From NCBI GenBank assembly GCA_030324005.1, contig JARDVH010000073.1, positions 48,692,133-48,756,132 on the forward strand: a stretch of DNA of 64,000 bases. The letters run 5' to 3'. This stretch comes from Negaprion brevirostris (Eukaryota). The translations under genes were made by a program, and so were the position numbers. Below are positions 44,491 through 58,200 of this stretch, piece by piece (positions within the stretch are counted from its first letter, which is position 1; the number at the start of each line of letters is the position of its first letter). The notes under the pieces are model-generated. The model had not been told where the DNA came from. It saw only the letters and a list, made by a program, of their open reading frames with translations, and did not search any database.

Positions 44491-47400
44491 NNNNNNNNNN
44501 NNNNNNNNNNNNNNNNNNNNNNNNNNNNNNNNNNNNNNNNNNNNNNNNNNNNNNNNNNNNNNNNNNNNNNNNNNNNNNNNNNNNNNNNNNNNNNNNNNNN
44601 NNNNNNNNNNNNNNNNNNNNNNNNNNNNNNNNNNNNNNNNNNNNNNNNNNNNNNNNNNNNNNNNNNNNNNNNNNNNNNNNNNNNNNNNNNNNNNNNNNNN
44701 NNNNNNNNNNNNNNNNNNNNNNNNNNNNNNNNNNNNNNNNNNNNNNNNNNNNNNNNNNNNNNNNNNNNNNNNNNNNNNNNNNNNNNNNNNNNNNNNNNNN
44801 NNNNNNNNNNNNNNNNNNNNNNNNNNNNNNNNNNNNNNNNNNNNNNNNNNNNNNNNNNNNNNNNNNNNNNNNNNNNNNNNNNNNNNNNNNNNNNNNNNNN
44901 NNNNNNNNNNNNNNNNNNNNNNNNNNNNNNNNNNNNNNNNNNNNNNNNNNNNNNNNNNNNNNNNNNNNNNNNNNNNNNNNNNNNNNNNNNNNNNNNNNNN
45001 NNNNNNNNNNNNNNNNNNNNNNNNNNNNNNNNNNNNNNNNNNNNNNNNNNNNNNNNNNNNNNNNNNNNNNNNNNNNNNNNNNNNNNNNNNNNNNNNNNNN
45101 NNNNNNNNNNNNNNNNNNNNNNNNNNNNNNNNNNNNNNNNNNNNNNNNNNNNNNNNNNNNNNNNNNNNNNNNNNNNNNNNNNNNNNNNNNNNNNNNNNNN
45201 NNNNNNNNNNNNNNNNNNNNNNNNNNNNNNNNNNNNNNNNNNNNNNNNNNNNNNNNNNNNNNNNNNNNNNNNNNNNNNNNNNNNNNNNNNNNNNNNNNNN
45301 NNNNNNNNNNNNNNNNNNNNNNNNNNNNNNNNNNNNNNNNNNNNNNNNNNNNNNNNNNNNNNNNNNNNNNNNNNNNNNNNNNNNNNNNNNNNNNNNNNNN
45401 NNNNNNNNNNNNNTCCTCACTCCTCTGAATCGAGTGATAGCGGTGCTGAGGTCCCCATTCTCTTATTTTTCTTTCAATGTTGTAATTAAATAAAAGACCC
45501 ATCACAGTGCATCCTTGTGGTCAGCCACTACAAACCATACCCTTCCCCTCACTAAAAACATACAGCTTTAAGAGGATTGTAAAAAATAATTCCAAAGAGA
45601 GGGAAAAGTATCAGCTATCCATTGACTTCCAAGATGAGGTCCTGCTCTGAAAGGATTTGTTTCCAAGTCTCTATTGCCAACTTGAAAAAGTTTGTTTTTG
45701 CTTTCAATCCTCCTGTCTTTTCCTTGCTGTTACTCCAGCACCTCCACTCACAGTTTTTCTCTCTCCCACCTTGTTGTTCCTCCAATCTCGGATTCTGTCT
45801 CTGAAGAAGCAGCAAGAGCACTAGGGACGGGATCTGTGGTTGGAGGAACTGGAGTAAAGAGAGCAGGAGAGACACAGTTTGTGATTGGAGGAGCAGCTCA
45901 TTATGTATTCTACTCCTCCAATCAAACTTTGCATGTTTTCCCACTCTCAGCAAGAAGCCTGCACCTGCAATTGTTCAGCCCGAGACTAGAGGAGTTTATT
46001 ATAAAGTAGTATTTCATTGGGATGACCTTTCTTGAATTTTTTTGCCTCCATCTTTTGTTTTCTCATGGGCTACTTGCGGTGTATTGAGGGCAAATTTGCC
46101 CGCAACCCCTGGGTATTTTGAATTCTGTCTATCAGTGGATAAGTTCTATGACAATGTCAGTGCTCATATTTTGAAGGGTATTCTGACATCCTCAGAATAA
46201 TTAAACATTATACAGTTCTTTGCAGTAGAAGGAAAGATGGAAGCCTGACTTTATCAAGACATCAGCCACATAACGCAGCATGCTTGATGTACATTCTCCA
46301 ACTCTTGTACAAAGCAGATGTCAGTAAGGTACAGCTCGGACCATTGCTGAACTGACTTTTGAGATGTTAAGCCAAAGCTTTAAATGTGTGAGTTCAATCA
46401 GAGTTTGCAAAATAATGAAAATGCTGCACACTGTGCAGTGTTACTAACCATCAACTTTGATAACAAGACATAGTAGACAAGTGGAGGCAGGGATATTGGC
46501 ATATATAAGTTTTGTTTCTAGTGATCCTATAGTTGGCATCATTTCTTTCTTTTTATCATTTTTATAATCAATCAAGTTAATTCTACTGTTTATTTTTTTC
46601 TGCAAAACTATTACTTTTACTTTTGGACAAGTGATGACATCTTTTCCAAACAATAAAAGAAAAATAAAGTGCTAGGAACAATGGATATGAATAAATACCA
46701 TTAATATGATAGATGTGTTTCACATATGTGCTGGAGCTGAATTTCCGCTTTGCTGTCATCTGGATATTGATTTCTAATGCATGTTTCTACAATGCTCCCT
46801 ACCCCCATCTCTTCAGTTGATGGAAATCTAATAGTGGTAGAGTACTTTGTCTCCCAGTGGCTTAAAAAGAGCATACGTTTTAAATTTAAAATCTTCCTTA
46901 TCTCTGTAACTCTCTCCAGGCTTACAAACCAAGTGTTTCTCACTTCTTGCGAAGATCCTTCTTTCTTTCGCCATCCCATTGGAACCCATGCCATCAGCAA
47001 CCAAATTCAACTCTCTTTCTGAGCAGGCATGTGTTAAATATTCAAATTCCTTCTTATTGCTTTTAACCATTAACCGAGAACACAGAAGTGTTTCATGACT
47101 GTATCTTGGAACTGATTCTCAAGCTCTCTGAGGCAGTCGTGGAAACAATAATCAGATGTTTACTTAACAGTCAGATAATGTGAATCAAGACGAGCTGACT
47201 TGAAGTATAGAAGTTCCTTCCTACAATACATTTGCTTTCCCATTGTATAATATGTAACATAAAATGTTGATTTTCACTATTATTTCATTACCTGCTACAT
47301 CCTTGCTATTATTTCTTAGTAAACAGTTTTTCATTCATATCATTAGCATTTCCTACTCTTATGTCCAGGTATATCCAGTTTCTTACATTATTAACAGCAG

Positions 47401-50159
47401 TCGTGCATTAACTTGATGCTCTGAGACCTATCCACTGAATCATCTGGAGGTGAAGTAGCTCTATCTGCTGTTCTTGCGATGGTAATGGCCTTCTTGCCAC
47501 TTATGCTGGCAACCTTTCCTCACCAAATGTTTCTTCATGTGATTCCATTACTGCAATGACCATGGCCTGGCCTATAAAATAGAATGATATTCTTTCTCTA
47601 CAGCTGGATGAGTGAACTTTTCAACCCTACCATCTGTCCAATAGTTCATCAGCTGCTTAATTGAGATGCATTCCAATTTTACTCATTTTCTCCACAAAAT
47701 TCTGCTTACAATTGTGATGATTACTGCTGCCAGCCCAGTCTAAACGAACAAAATTCAGCATCCAAGGTTGGCTTAAACTTGAAATTTGTGGAAGTATCTT
47801 TGGAATTTTTTTTTCATTTTTGCAGATGGTTTATAATTGGATCTTTTATTTGCGCTGCCACAAATAAGTTTGGATTCCGGAGAGAGTAAATCCCACAGAT
47901 TAGTTAGGGGGTTATAAGCACAAATGATAAATAAGCATATGCTCTTTTCCTGGACACAGCTTATGAATTTGAAAAATTAAAGATTAGGTCCCAATTGGTG
48001 TGGGAAGGGACATAAATACATATAGACTTCAACCAGACTACTCTGTAAAAATGATCTTTTTAATTTTAATAATGGACAAAAGCTTTATCCTAACTATCCA
48101 TAATTCATATCACGGGAATTTCTAACCTTCAGACAAACCATTGGATAAAATTATTTTTTTTAAATGCATCCATTCTGAAACAGCACAAAACATCTTTATG
48201 TTTCTGAAGAAGTCGTCTGCTCCCAGAGAGGCTGTATATCCAAGAACAAAAGAATCCTGACTCCTATTAAACACCTCAACATTCTAGACCTCAGAAAATA
48301 CATCCTTTGTCCAACATCCAGGAGAAGTGGTGGGTGGTAATTCACATGTCCTCTCCAGGCTGCTAGATCTTGCTCTGTGGACTTGAACCCAGACAGTCAC
48401 TGTTTGGCCTCCAAAGAGAAACAGTAATTCCAGGCAACAGCCTGTGCTGTCTACCAGCTTACCATTGAACAGCTAGCAGCAGACGGAGGCTCTGTTCATT
48501 CACAATTGCCTAGTCCTCATCTAAACTGCATACTACTGTATAGTGAACTGATGCCTTCCAGCCTAATTCAATCCAATGTACTTTCTCCTCTCATGGAAGG
48601 TTTCTGGAAAAGTGGATTACCTTGCAACATACAACCTCTCCTCTGAAGGAACCTTTCATTAGACATTTTATTCTGGACTTTGGACATAGATGAAACCCCA
48701 ACTTGTATTTTTACCATGGTCTTGCCCTGAACCCAACTCCTTTCCCTTATCAACCTTTCACTGTGAGTGCAAAAAGGGGCAGACGCTGTGAAACCCCTTT
48801 CCAAGTTCTGCGTGTGCATGAAATAAACATATTCCTTTTATTTTATCTTACCTCATGTTTGCTATGCGAGTTATCCATGGAAGTTTGGAACCCTCCAAAT
48901 TTAACAGTTGGGGGAAATATGCCATCACTTATAAAGGTGGGAGTGGGGGTGGTGGGGGAGGGAATCAAAACAACCTTTCTGTTTAAAGATGGGTAGTGAG
49001 AGGAGAAATCATGCTGCCTAAATTAAAGCCCCTCCTGTCCATAGCAATTAACAAAATGGATGAGTGGTTTCAGAAATCAGTCCCATCTTTCAGTTATGGA
49101 TTGGTGGAATGGTAAATGTGAACATGTGCTGTTGTTCAAGCGAAATTCATTTTAATAAAACTGTTTATCAGAAGTACATTACAGTGAAATTTGAAGTATG
49201 GATGTTATTCCCAGTAAACTGCCTTAAAGATTAGCAATTCCAATTCAAATTGGTTGGATTTCCCAGATCAAACTCTGAAAAACTGTCTTTGGCAAGAATT
49301 CCTATAATCTCTAATTATCTGGTGGTAGTGGATCAAAAGAGAGAAAGCTTCTGACTTTGCAAATTAACCAGATTTTTAACCAGATCTTTGCAAGATTAAC
49401 CAGAAATTTACAAATTTCTGGTTAATCTTGAGATTATTCCATTTGTCAGCCCAGCCTACATAACCAAACTGCAGCACCCAAAATGGTTTAAACTTGAAAC
49501 TTGTGGATGTATCGCAGGAAATAACATTCATTGTTTTCATTCTTCTCCCAGATGTGTTCCAGGCATCAAGCTCTGGGCTCTGGCTGTCCCATGGATATTG
49601 AAATAGTGTGTAGAATCACTCTTAAATGTTGGAAGCAGAAGTAATTCATTTGTCATGCCAGATGAAAACTATAGGGGATGTAACAATCTGCTGTGCAGAA
49701 GGATAAGTTGAGGGAAAATGTTTGGAATGAATCAGTTCATTGAAGCAACTTTCTCCTCCATGCCAAAAATAGCCTGCAGCCAAGAGTTTCATGTTTAGAG
49801 GTGTAACTAGGTTTTGACTGCAGGTTGCATGAAGGAGCCAAACCCAACGTTCCTGTCATGTACTGGAATTCCATACTCTTATCTCAATGTTTTTTTTTGC
49901 CCAATTTTCTCCTCTCAAAAGCATTAACTCCCTGAATTTCGTTATGATCCGACAAGCCAAGGTTACCCTCTTGAATCCAATGTTTGTGATTGACCAAGGA
50001 AACCAAACATTCAACCATATTCAAAGTCAAACCCAAACCAGGTCTCTGTCAGTGTGTATACAAACAGCCACACACAATCTCTTCTGACATGGGCTGTTCT
50101 ATAGAATTCAAGACAGAGTTCTATAGTTCATTTTTCTTTTTCAAAGAGACATGGGACAT

Positions 50160-53100
50160 TGATTGAAAGGGGAAATCATGGTTAACTAACTTGCTGAAGG
50201 GATAACAGAAACAGTTGATGAGGGTAATGCTGTTGATGTGGTGTACATGAGCTTTTGCATGACATTTGATACAGTGTCACACAACAGGCTTGTGAGAAAA
50301 GTTTTAGCTAATGGAATAAATGGGATAGTAGCAACGTGGATAACAAACTGGCTGAGTAATAGGAAGCTGTGAGCAATTGCTAATGGATATTTTTCCTGCT
50401 GGAGGAAGGTTTGTTGTGGAGTTCTCCAGGGGTCTGTATTGGGACTCTTGCTTTTCTTGATATACAAATGATCTAGATCTTCATCAGTAGAGAACAATTT
50501 CAAAGTTTGCAAATTATACAAAATTTTGAAGCAATGTAAACTGAGGAAGGCTGTGTAGAACTTCAAAAGAACGTAAACAAGTTGGTTGAGTGGGAAGATA
50601 GGTGGCAAGTGAAGTTCAGTGCAGAGATGTATGAGATGATTGTGGTAGGAAGAGCATGGAGAGACAATACAGAATAAAAAGGGTACAACTCTAAAGGGTG
50701 TGCAGAAGAGAGAGACCTGCTGGGGAGATGGTGGCATTGTCACTGGACTAGTAATGTACACACTCAGAGTACTGCTCCAGGACCTGTATTCGAATCCTGC
50801 CATGGCAGATGGTGGGCAGAATTAGAATCTGTAATTAAACATTCAATGATGACCATGAGGCCATTGTCGAATGTTGTCAAAGAAAATCGATCTGGTTCAC
50901 TCGGGTCCTTTAGGGAAGAAAATCTGCCATCCTTACCTGCTCTGGTCTATGTGTGACTCCAGAGCCATAGCAATGTGGTTGAGTCTTAAATGGCCTAGCC
51001 AGCCACTCAGACAATGGGCAATTGATACAAATTCTGGCCTACCCGATAATTTCCACGTTCCGTGCATAAAAATATATGCAGAAACCATTAAAGGACAGGT
51101 GTAGAGAGCATTTAATTAAGCTTACAGTATCCTTTATTACTAAGGGCAGAGAGTACATGAGGAAGGAGGATATGCTGAACTTGGAGAGAAGATGACTAGG
51201 AGGAAAATCAAAGTCATAAGGGGACTGGACAGACTAGATAAGCAGAAACTGTTTCCACTTATAAAAGAATAAAAAATGAGAAGGCACACATTTAAAATGA
51301 TTTGCCAAAGAAGCAAATGATGTGTGAGAAAAAGCTTTTTCACACAGCAAGTGGTTCAGGAATTCATTGCCTGAAAGCGTGGTGGAGGTAGGTTCAATTA
51401 CGGATTAGAAGAGGGCATTAGATGATTGTTTCTAATCAAGCAATGTGCTGGAGTATGGGGGAAAGGCAGAAGAATGGCACTAAATCATAATGCTTATTCC
51501 ATAGGACTATAAAATCCCTACTGTGCCAAAAAAAGCCATCTGGCCCTTTGAGTCTGCACCAACTCTCCAAAAGAGAATCCCACCCAGGTCCTCCCCTCTG
51601 TCTTATCCCTGTAACCCTGTACATTTACCATGACTAATCTACCTAACCTACACATCTTTGGACTGTGGGACGAAACCAGAGCACTCTGAGGAAACCCCTG
51701 CAGACACAAGGAGAATGTACAAACTCTGGTCCCTGGTGCTCTGAGGCAACAGTGCTAACCAGCTGATGCTCTCTGTAGGCAATTCTGCCCCTCAAGACGA
51801 CTCCACCATCCAATATGGTCATGACTGATTACATCTTGGCCTCATCTCCATCTTTGGTCCCCATAACACCGCATTTAATTAAAAACCTATCAATCCCCTC
51901 CTTCAAATTGTTTCATGTTCCAGCATCCACTGCACTCTGAGGTACAGAACTCCACAGGTTCACAACTCTGAGTGAATTAATTCCTCCTCATTTCAGTTTT
52001 AAATCTGCCACCCCTCAGCCTAATATTATGGCCTCTTGTTCTAGAAGGGAATGGGAAACAACTGCTCTACGTCTGACCTGTCAAACACCTTTAGCATCTT
52101 AATCACATCTCCTCTCATTCTTCTAAAAATCCAGTGAGTTTAGGGCTATAGTCCATAAAACAAGTCCTTCATCCGTGGAATCAATCTAGTGAACCTTCTC
52201 TGAACCACTTCTAATGCATTTATGTCCTTCCTCAAGTAAGGGAGCCAAAACTGAGCACAGTACTCTAGATGCAGTCTCATCAATGCCTTATACAGCTGTA
52301 ACACCACATCCCTACTTTTATATTCTGTTGCACAGATATCCTATAGGGCATAACCACACAAAGGTGGCTTTGTATCCGCTAACTCTCACTGTCAGCTATT
52401 AATTTTGTCTGCTAGTAATTAATGTTTGGGATAGAAACTACATACCTCTTAATGTTCAATCTGATCAACAGTGAAGTAATTGCCATTTGTTGTTTTTGAC
52501 AGTTTTGGAGCTGGCTGTTGAGCCATTGCCTTCAGCTGCAGCAGAGTGTGAAATGAAGCCTAAAGAGGGAAGAAAGATCATCCTTAGATAGGATGAGAAA
52601 AAATAGCTAAAGTTAAAATGTACGGTTATCATATTTCATTCTTTAAGTGTTGGCATTTTAGTTGTGCATTATCCTTTTGGATCACATCAGTATAAATTTG
52701 GTCTTAAGTTGATAAGTGGCAAATAATATTTGTGTCACAAAAATGCCAGGCTATTACCATCTCCAACAAGAGGAAATCTACCCATTTCCTCTTAAAGTCC
52801 ACAGTCATTACAAATGCTGAATCTCTATCATGAACACTCTGGGGGTTGGTAATGACCAGAAACTTAACTGGGCCAACCATATAAATAATATGGCAACAAG
52901 AGCAGGTCAGAGGCTAGAATTCTTTTTGATGACTAACTCACTAACTCAGACGTCTGACTACCATCTACAAGGCACAGGTCAGCAATGTGATAGAATACTT
53001 CTCACAGCTCAAACAACACAAGAAGCTTGACGCCATCCAAAACAAAGCAGCCCACTTAATTAGCAACTTATCCACCACCTTAAACATTCACCAGTACACA

Positions 53101-53390
53101 ATGGCAACTGTGTGTACCATTTACAAGATGCACTGCAGCAACTCATCAATGCTCCTTCAACATCATTTTCCTAACTAGTGACCTCTCCCATCCAGAAGGA
53201 CAAGGGCAGCAGATACATGGAACCCATTCCTCCACTGTCACTCAGTAAAAATCCTGGAACTCCCTCCCTACCAGTTCTCTGTGTGTTCTTACACTACCTG
53301 GGCTGCAGTGGTCCAAGAAGGTGGCTCACCCACACTTTCCCAAGGTAGCTCAACAATAAATCCTGGCCTTAGCAGAGATCTTGACATCTG
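50160..53390. mobile_element. cluster of CR1/L2-clade LINE fragments with nested SINEs (50725-51065 on +, 51510-51760 on -)
   Basis: DVVYM.F..TFDTVSH, GVLQGSVLG motifs; HE1 copy; further LINE 3' ends at 51790-52330 (-) and 52700-53390 (+). Confidence 0.75.
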
Positions 53391-55254
53391 ATGGACAAAA
53401 GTATTTTTTTAAATGGTTAGTTCCTACAGGAAAGTTTAACAAACTGGGCCACTTTGAAGTTATGTCCTAGAATGTGTGTACATAAAAAAACACTTTAAAT
53501 CTGAAATACTTAAGAGTTAAAATTGTTTGTTTATCTTAGTGGAATGGTAATGTGTCTTACATATTGCCCAACTTTACTTTGACTTTAACAGAAGACAGAG
53601 TTGTGCGAGGTGTGAATGGTCTACCGACGTCACCCTCTGAGACTCACCCAAGTACAATGGAAACATTTGGTGAGAGTACAGCAATAAAAAGAAAACTGTC
53701 AATTGGCAGGAAAACTGAAGTAAATCCAATAAGAGATAAGAAAGGCTGAAATTTTGATTGAAGACCCTTTGTAAAGGGTCACGATCAGGAATGTTATCCT
53801 GTCTTCCCATGTGGAAATGCTGACTGCCCCTCAGTGCACTTTGAGGATCTTCAATTTCCATTTCTCCTCAAAACATGTTTTAGTGCCTGTGGAGGTGAGA
53901 GCAGGTATGAAAGTCTGGATATATTAGTGCCTCTGCCAAGCTGGCAGTTCATTACGCTCTTTAACCTTAAGCATTGAATGACCTTTACAGATGGTTTGAA
54001 AGAATTCTGAGGTAATGACACCCCCATTTGTTGTGTGATGGAATAGGTAAATAGTGAAATGCAGTAGAGAAAAGCTGAGGAAATAAAGGATCTGTCAAAT
54101 GTGGAGTATTTTTTGTTCAAGTGTGTGGCAAAATTCTGAAAAAATATTAAATAAGTAATAAAACTAGTCACTTAAGTTGAGTAAAGATCTCTTAGATGGG
54201 TTCCAGGAACAATCGAAAGATAAATCAAAAAACATGCGAGAAATAAATGTACTCCATAAATTTTATTGCTGAAAGCACCCCTCTGTTAGAAAAGGCAAGT
54301 GATGATGTGTGATATAGCTCAGCAGGGTCTTTCTGGCAACAGATAAAAGTGTTAAAAGCAAAACCAGAAATACTGTAATCCACCATAAATCATAGCAGTT
54401 CCTGACAAAGATCGGACCATGTCTAGCAATGAAGAGTTTTAGTGCTTCCACATTTAAAAATAGAATATATATACTTTTTAATCAATTCGCTGTAGATGTT
54501 TTAAGTGAGCAGCTTCTATTTAAGTTCCTGTTTAATGATTTTTGTAAAGTTTCACTTGGCAGCAAAATTTAAATATATTGAATGAATAAAGAAAATAAAC
54601 GTGCCATTGGACGAGAGAGTGTCCTTTTGGATCGAGCTCTTGAAATTATCTGGCGATTCAGTCAGTTTCTACAGAACACGTGGGCCCTCTAAGGGCCTCT
54701 GCTGCCAGTGCTCACATCAAATTACTAACTCTTATTTTAAAGCAGGCTTGACTTTACAAAAATGTTAATGAGTCGCCCAAAAAGATGGCCAATTGCAAAA
54801 TTTCCCTCCTGGACTTCTGTCACTGGAAGTCTATCTAAGCAAATTAGAGCTCCGCCAGAATATTTACAGCAGAAATACTCATGGGGTTGTATTTTAGGCA
54901 ACGGTGAGTGGTCTTGCTGCTGGCACAATAGCCTTAGCAGCACTAGCATTAGAGGTTGTCACTGCTCAGGATGCAGAAAGAAGGAAAAGGGCACCTCTAT
55001 ATCAAGGCGTCTTTACAACAAAGGTTTTTTTTTCCCTTTGCCATAGGAAAGCAGGATGGCCCTGGCAAGTGTTGGGTGTGCACCTTCCAGCCATGATACC
55101 ATATCCACAAGAGTGCTCACTGCTGCTAGGGAACCCTCTCTGTGGTCCATAGCGTGCCCATATGGAGGAAACCTGATCCTGGGAACATACAGCAAGGTTG
55201 CCATGGTTTACTGGCAGCTTTCCAATGTGGCAACCACCCCTCTCAATGCTGGTA

Positions 55255-58200
55255 ACATAAGAAATAGGAGCAGGAGTAGGCCATCCAGCCCTTTGAGCCT
55301 GCCCCGCCATTCAATAAGATCATGGCTGATNNNNNNNNNNNNNNNNNNNNNNNNNNNNNNNNNNNNNNNNNNNNNNNNNNNNNNNNNNNNNNNNNNNNNN
55401 NNNNNNNNNNNNNNNNNNNNNNNNNNNNNNCTAAGGGTCCAACGTTCACCCTAGCCAGCCTCTTCCTTTTTATATATTTATAAAAACTCTTGCTATCCTT
55501 TTTTTTAAAATGCCAGAGGTGGGAATGGGGCAAGGTGAGTTTCTGGCCTCAATGTTCCAGTTCTCTTTAGACACAGGAATGGTGCCAGAGGATCTGACAA
55601 ATGTTACAACCCCATTCAAAAATAAGGCAAGGGATAACCTTGGCAATTACAGGCCAATCGGTCAAATGCCATTGGTGATGAGCGGGTGGGTAGGGGTGAT
55701 AGTTATAGAAGCATTCATCTCAAAGTCAAATGGCATTTGGGAAATGGTGGGTGAATAAATGGAATTCAGTCAAATGGTGCTTGACTGTCTTGATTAAATT
55801 CTTTTGAAAAATCAATGAGGGTTGATGAGATTACTGTAGTAAAGAGATTTCATAAAGTACCATATAATAGCAAAATTGAAACCATGGAACTAAAAGGCAT
55901 GGTTATGATCTTGGTTAAAAGACAAAAAATGGGAGTAGTGGATGAATCAGTTGTTGCTTAGACTGGAAGGAAGTGATACTGCCCAGGTATTAGGAACACT
56001 GCTCTCTTTGGTAAATATTAATGGCCCAGATTCATGCATACAGTGCATAATTTCAAAGCTTGCAAATGAAATAGGACTTGGAAGCATAAATAATTTTGAG
56101 AACACAATTGATGAAATGGGTAGTGGCAGCAGATATAATTTAATGCAGATTCATTTGAAGTGATGCATTTTGATAGAAATCTATGAAGAGAGGCAATGTG
56201 AACCTAATAGTATGATACTTGAGGGGTTGCAGGAACAGAGAGACCTGGGTGTGTACATTTATATAAATGTTTTAAAGTAGCAGGACAAGTAGAGAAAATT
56301 GTTTTGGTTTTACAAGTAGGCATCAAGTACCAACACAAAGAAGCTATGCTAAACATTCATGTAACATTGGTCAAACTCTGGATTATATTCCCAATATTTG
56401 GCATCAAGGACCAAGGCCTCGGAGAGGGAAAGAAGGACATTTGCTAGAAAACTCATTAAAAATATAGAAAATAGGTGCAGGAATAGGCCATCCAGCTGTT
56501 TGAGCCTACTCCGCCATTCAGTATGATCATAGCTGATCATCCAACTCAGCCTGATCCCACCTTCCCTCCACATCTTCAGTTACATGAAAATAATGGAAAA
56601 GCAGGAGCTACTCTTCTTCGAGAAGAGAAAGTAGAGGTTTGATAGAGGTGTTCAAAATCATTGGTGGTTTTGATATGAGTAAGGAGAAATTATTTCTGGT
56701 GGTAAAAGAATTAGAGGATCCATTTTATGATAATGAAGGGGAAAGGGATTTATTCCATGCAATGAGTTGTTACGATTGGAGGTGGCTATAAAGGTGATGA
56801 ATGTCGTGTCAATAATAACTTTCGAAAGGAAATTACGTTGAATATTCAAAGTGGAAAAATTTGCAGAACTATGAGGAAAGGTGAACAGAGAGTTCTTTCG
56901 AAGAGCTGGCACCGACACAATGGACCGAATGGCCTCCGTCTGTGCTGTCTCACTCTGAGACCTGAGTTGCACTCTGCACCAAATCGCTGAAGGTCTCCCT
57001 CCGCTCCTCTCTCCCATGATGTATGGGTCACACATAGAAAGAACTGGGCCAACCCCATCCCAGGAATGTCAGGGGTGCCACAGAAATGTAAATTGTTTTT
57101 GTTTCCCCTCTACCTTTTAGTGGCGCTTCTCCTCACCACAATCATTTGCATTCCCAAACTGCCCAGCATTTTCCCTCTGGAAGCTGCTTTAAGAGCTCTC
57201 CACCCTATTGCTCTTTTTGGCTGGGTNNNNNNNNNNNNNNNNNNNNNNNNNNNNNNNNNNNNNNNNNNNNNNNNNNNNNNNNNNNNNNNNNNNNNNNNNN
57301 NNNNNNNNNNNNNNNNNNNNNNNNNNCTTTTTGGCTGGGTGACAATTACGGAAGCCTTGAACACTGGGCCACCATGAGTTTTGGAACCATAAAAATATTC
57401 GAGGATGAGATAAGGTCATCCTGCCTCCTGACACTGGTTTGTCTGATAGACATTAACCTTCCCAGTCTCCTATCCAACTGCATTTTAAATGCCATTCGAG
57501 TCTGTATTTTCTACCACCACAGCAGATTATTCCTGAATGTGTCTCACTGTGGTGATTGTCGCTTTAAGGATCAATGTGCAAAGTGTGGGTCACATGACCC
57601 AGGAAACCAATCTGGGGGGCAGGGTGGCGGATCATCTGGTGAGCTCAGATTTCTGTTCTAGAACCTAGTTGAGAGCTGGCTGCAGCCTGAGGCTGTGAGC
57701 CCCTGTATGGCCTTTATCCAGAAATAAATATGTTGTTGTTTTCCCCTGAATTGAATAATTCTTGTTCACCAATCATCCAAATAATTCCTTTTGTATATGT
57801 AATTTAAATTAGAGTTCCACTAGTTTAAACATATAGATTATAATCTTTATTTTACAGTACTCAGGAATTATATTTTACCTATTTGTTCTCAGCAGATGGA
57901 CCACACACACACATCCATAGGATGGTTACAGTGCCTAATTCTTGGATGATACACTTGGCACATTGTGTGTATGCTGGCTTTCAGTAAGAACAGCTCAGCT
58001 AAATCCACTCTCTCATCTTAATCCTATAGTCCTGCAATTTTCTTCTGTGGATCATTATCCAATTTCCTTTCGAAGGGCACAATTCAATCTGCCTCTCACA
58101 TTCTTAGGCAAAGCATTCCAGGTCCTTAAAGGTGCTGCATAAAAATGTGTTTCCTCATGTTGCACGGTGTCTTCTGATTCTTGATCCCTCCTCCAATGGA

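Noticed and set aside
44400-45505. ORFs over 300 aa, and other X-containing ORFs
   Set aside because: Artefacts of N-gaps in the assembly.
47826-47890. GSFICAATNKFG resembling an Ig-domain F-strand
   Set aside because: Short frame closed by a stop with no rest of the domain; probably coincidence.
53873-53960. 'ttttagtgcctgtggaggtgag' as the possible next TSR exon (SACGG..)
   Set aside because: The frame does not fit the phase-0 acceptor and lacks the TSR Cys/Arg/Trp pattern; the next exon is probably beyond the window or in a gap.
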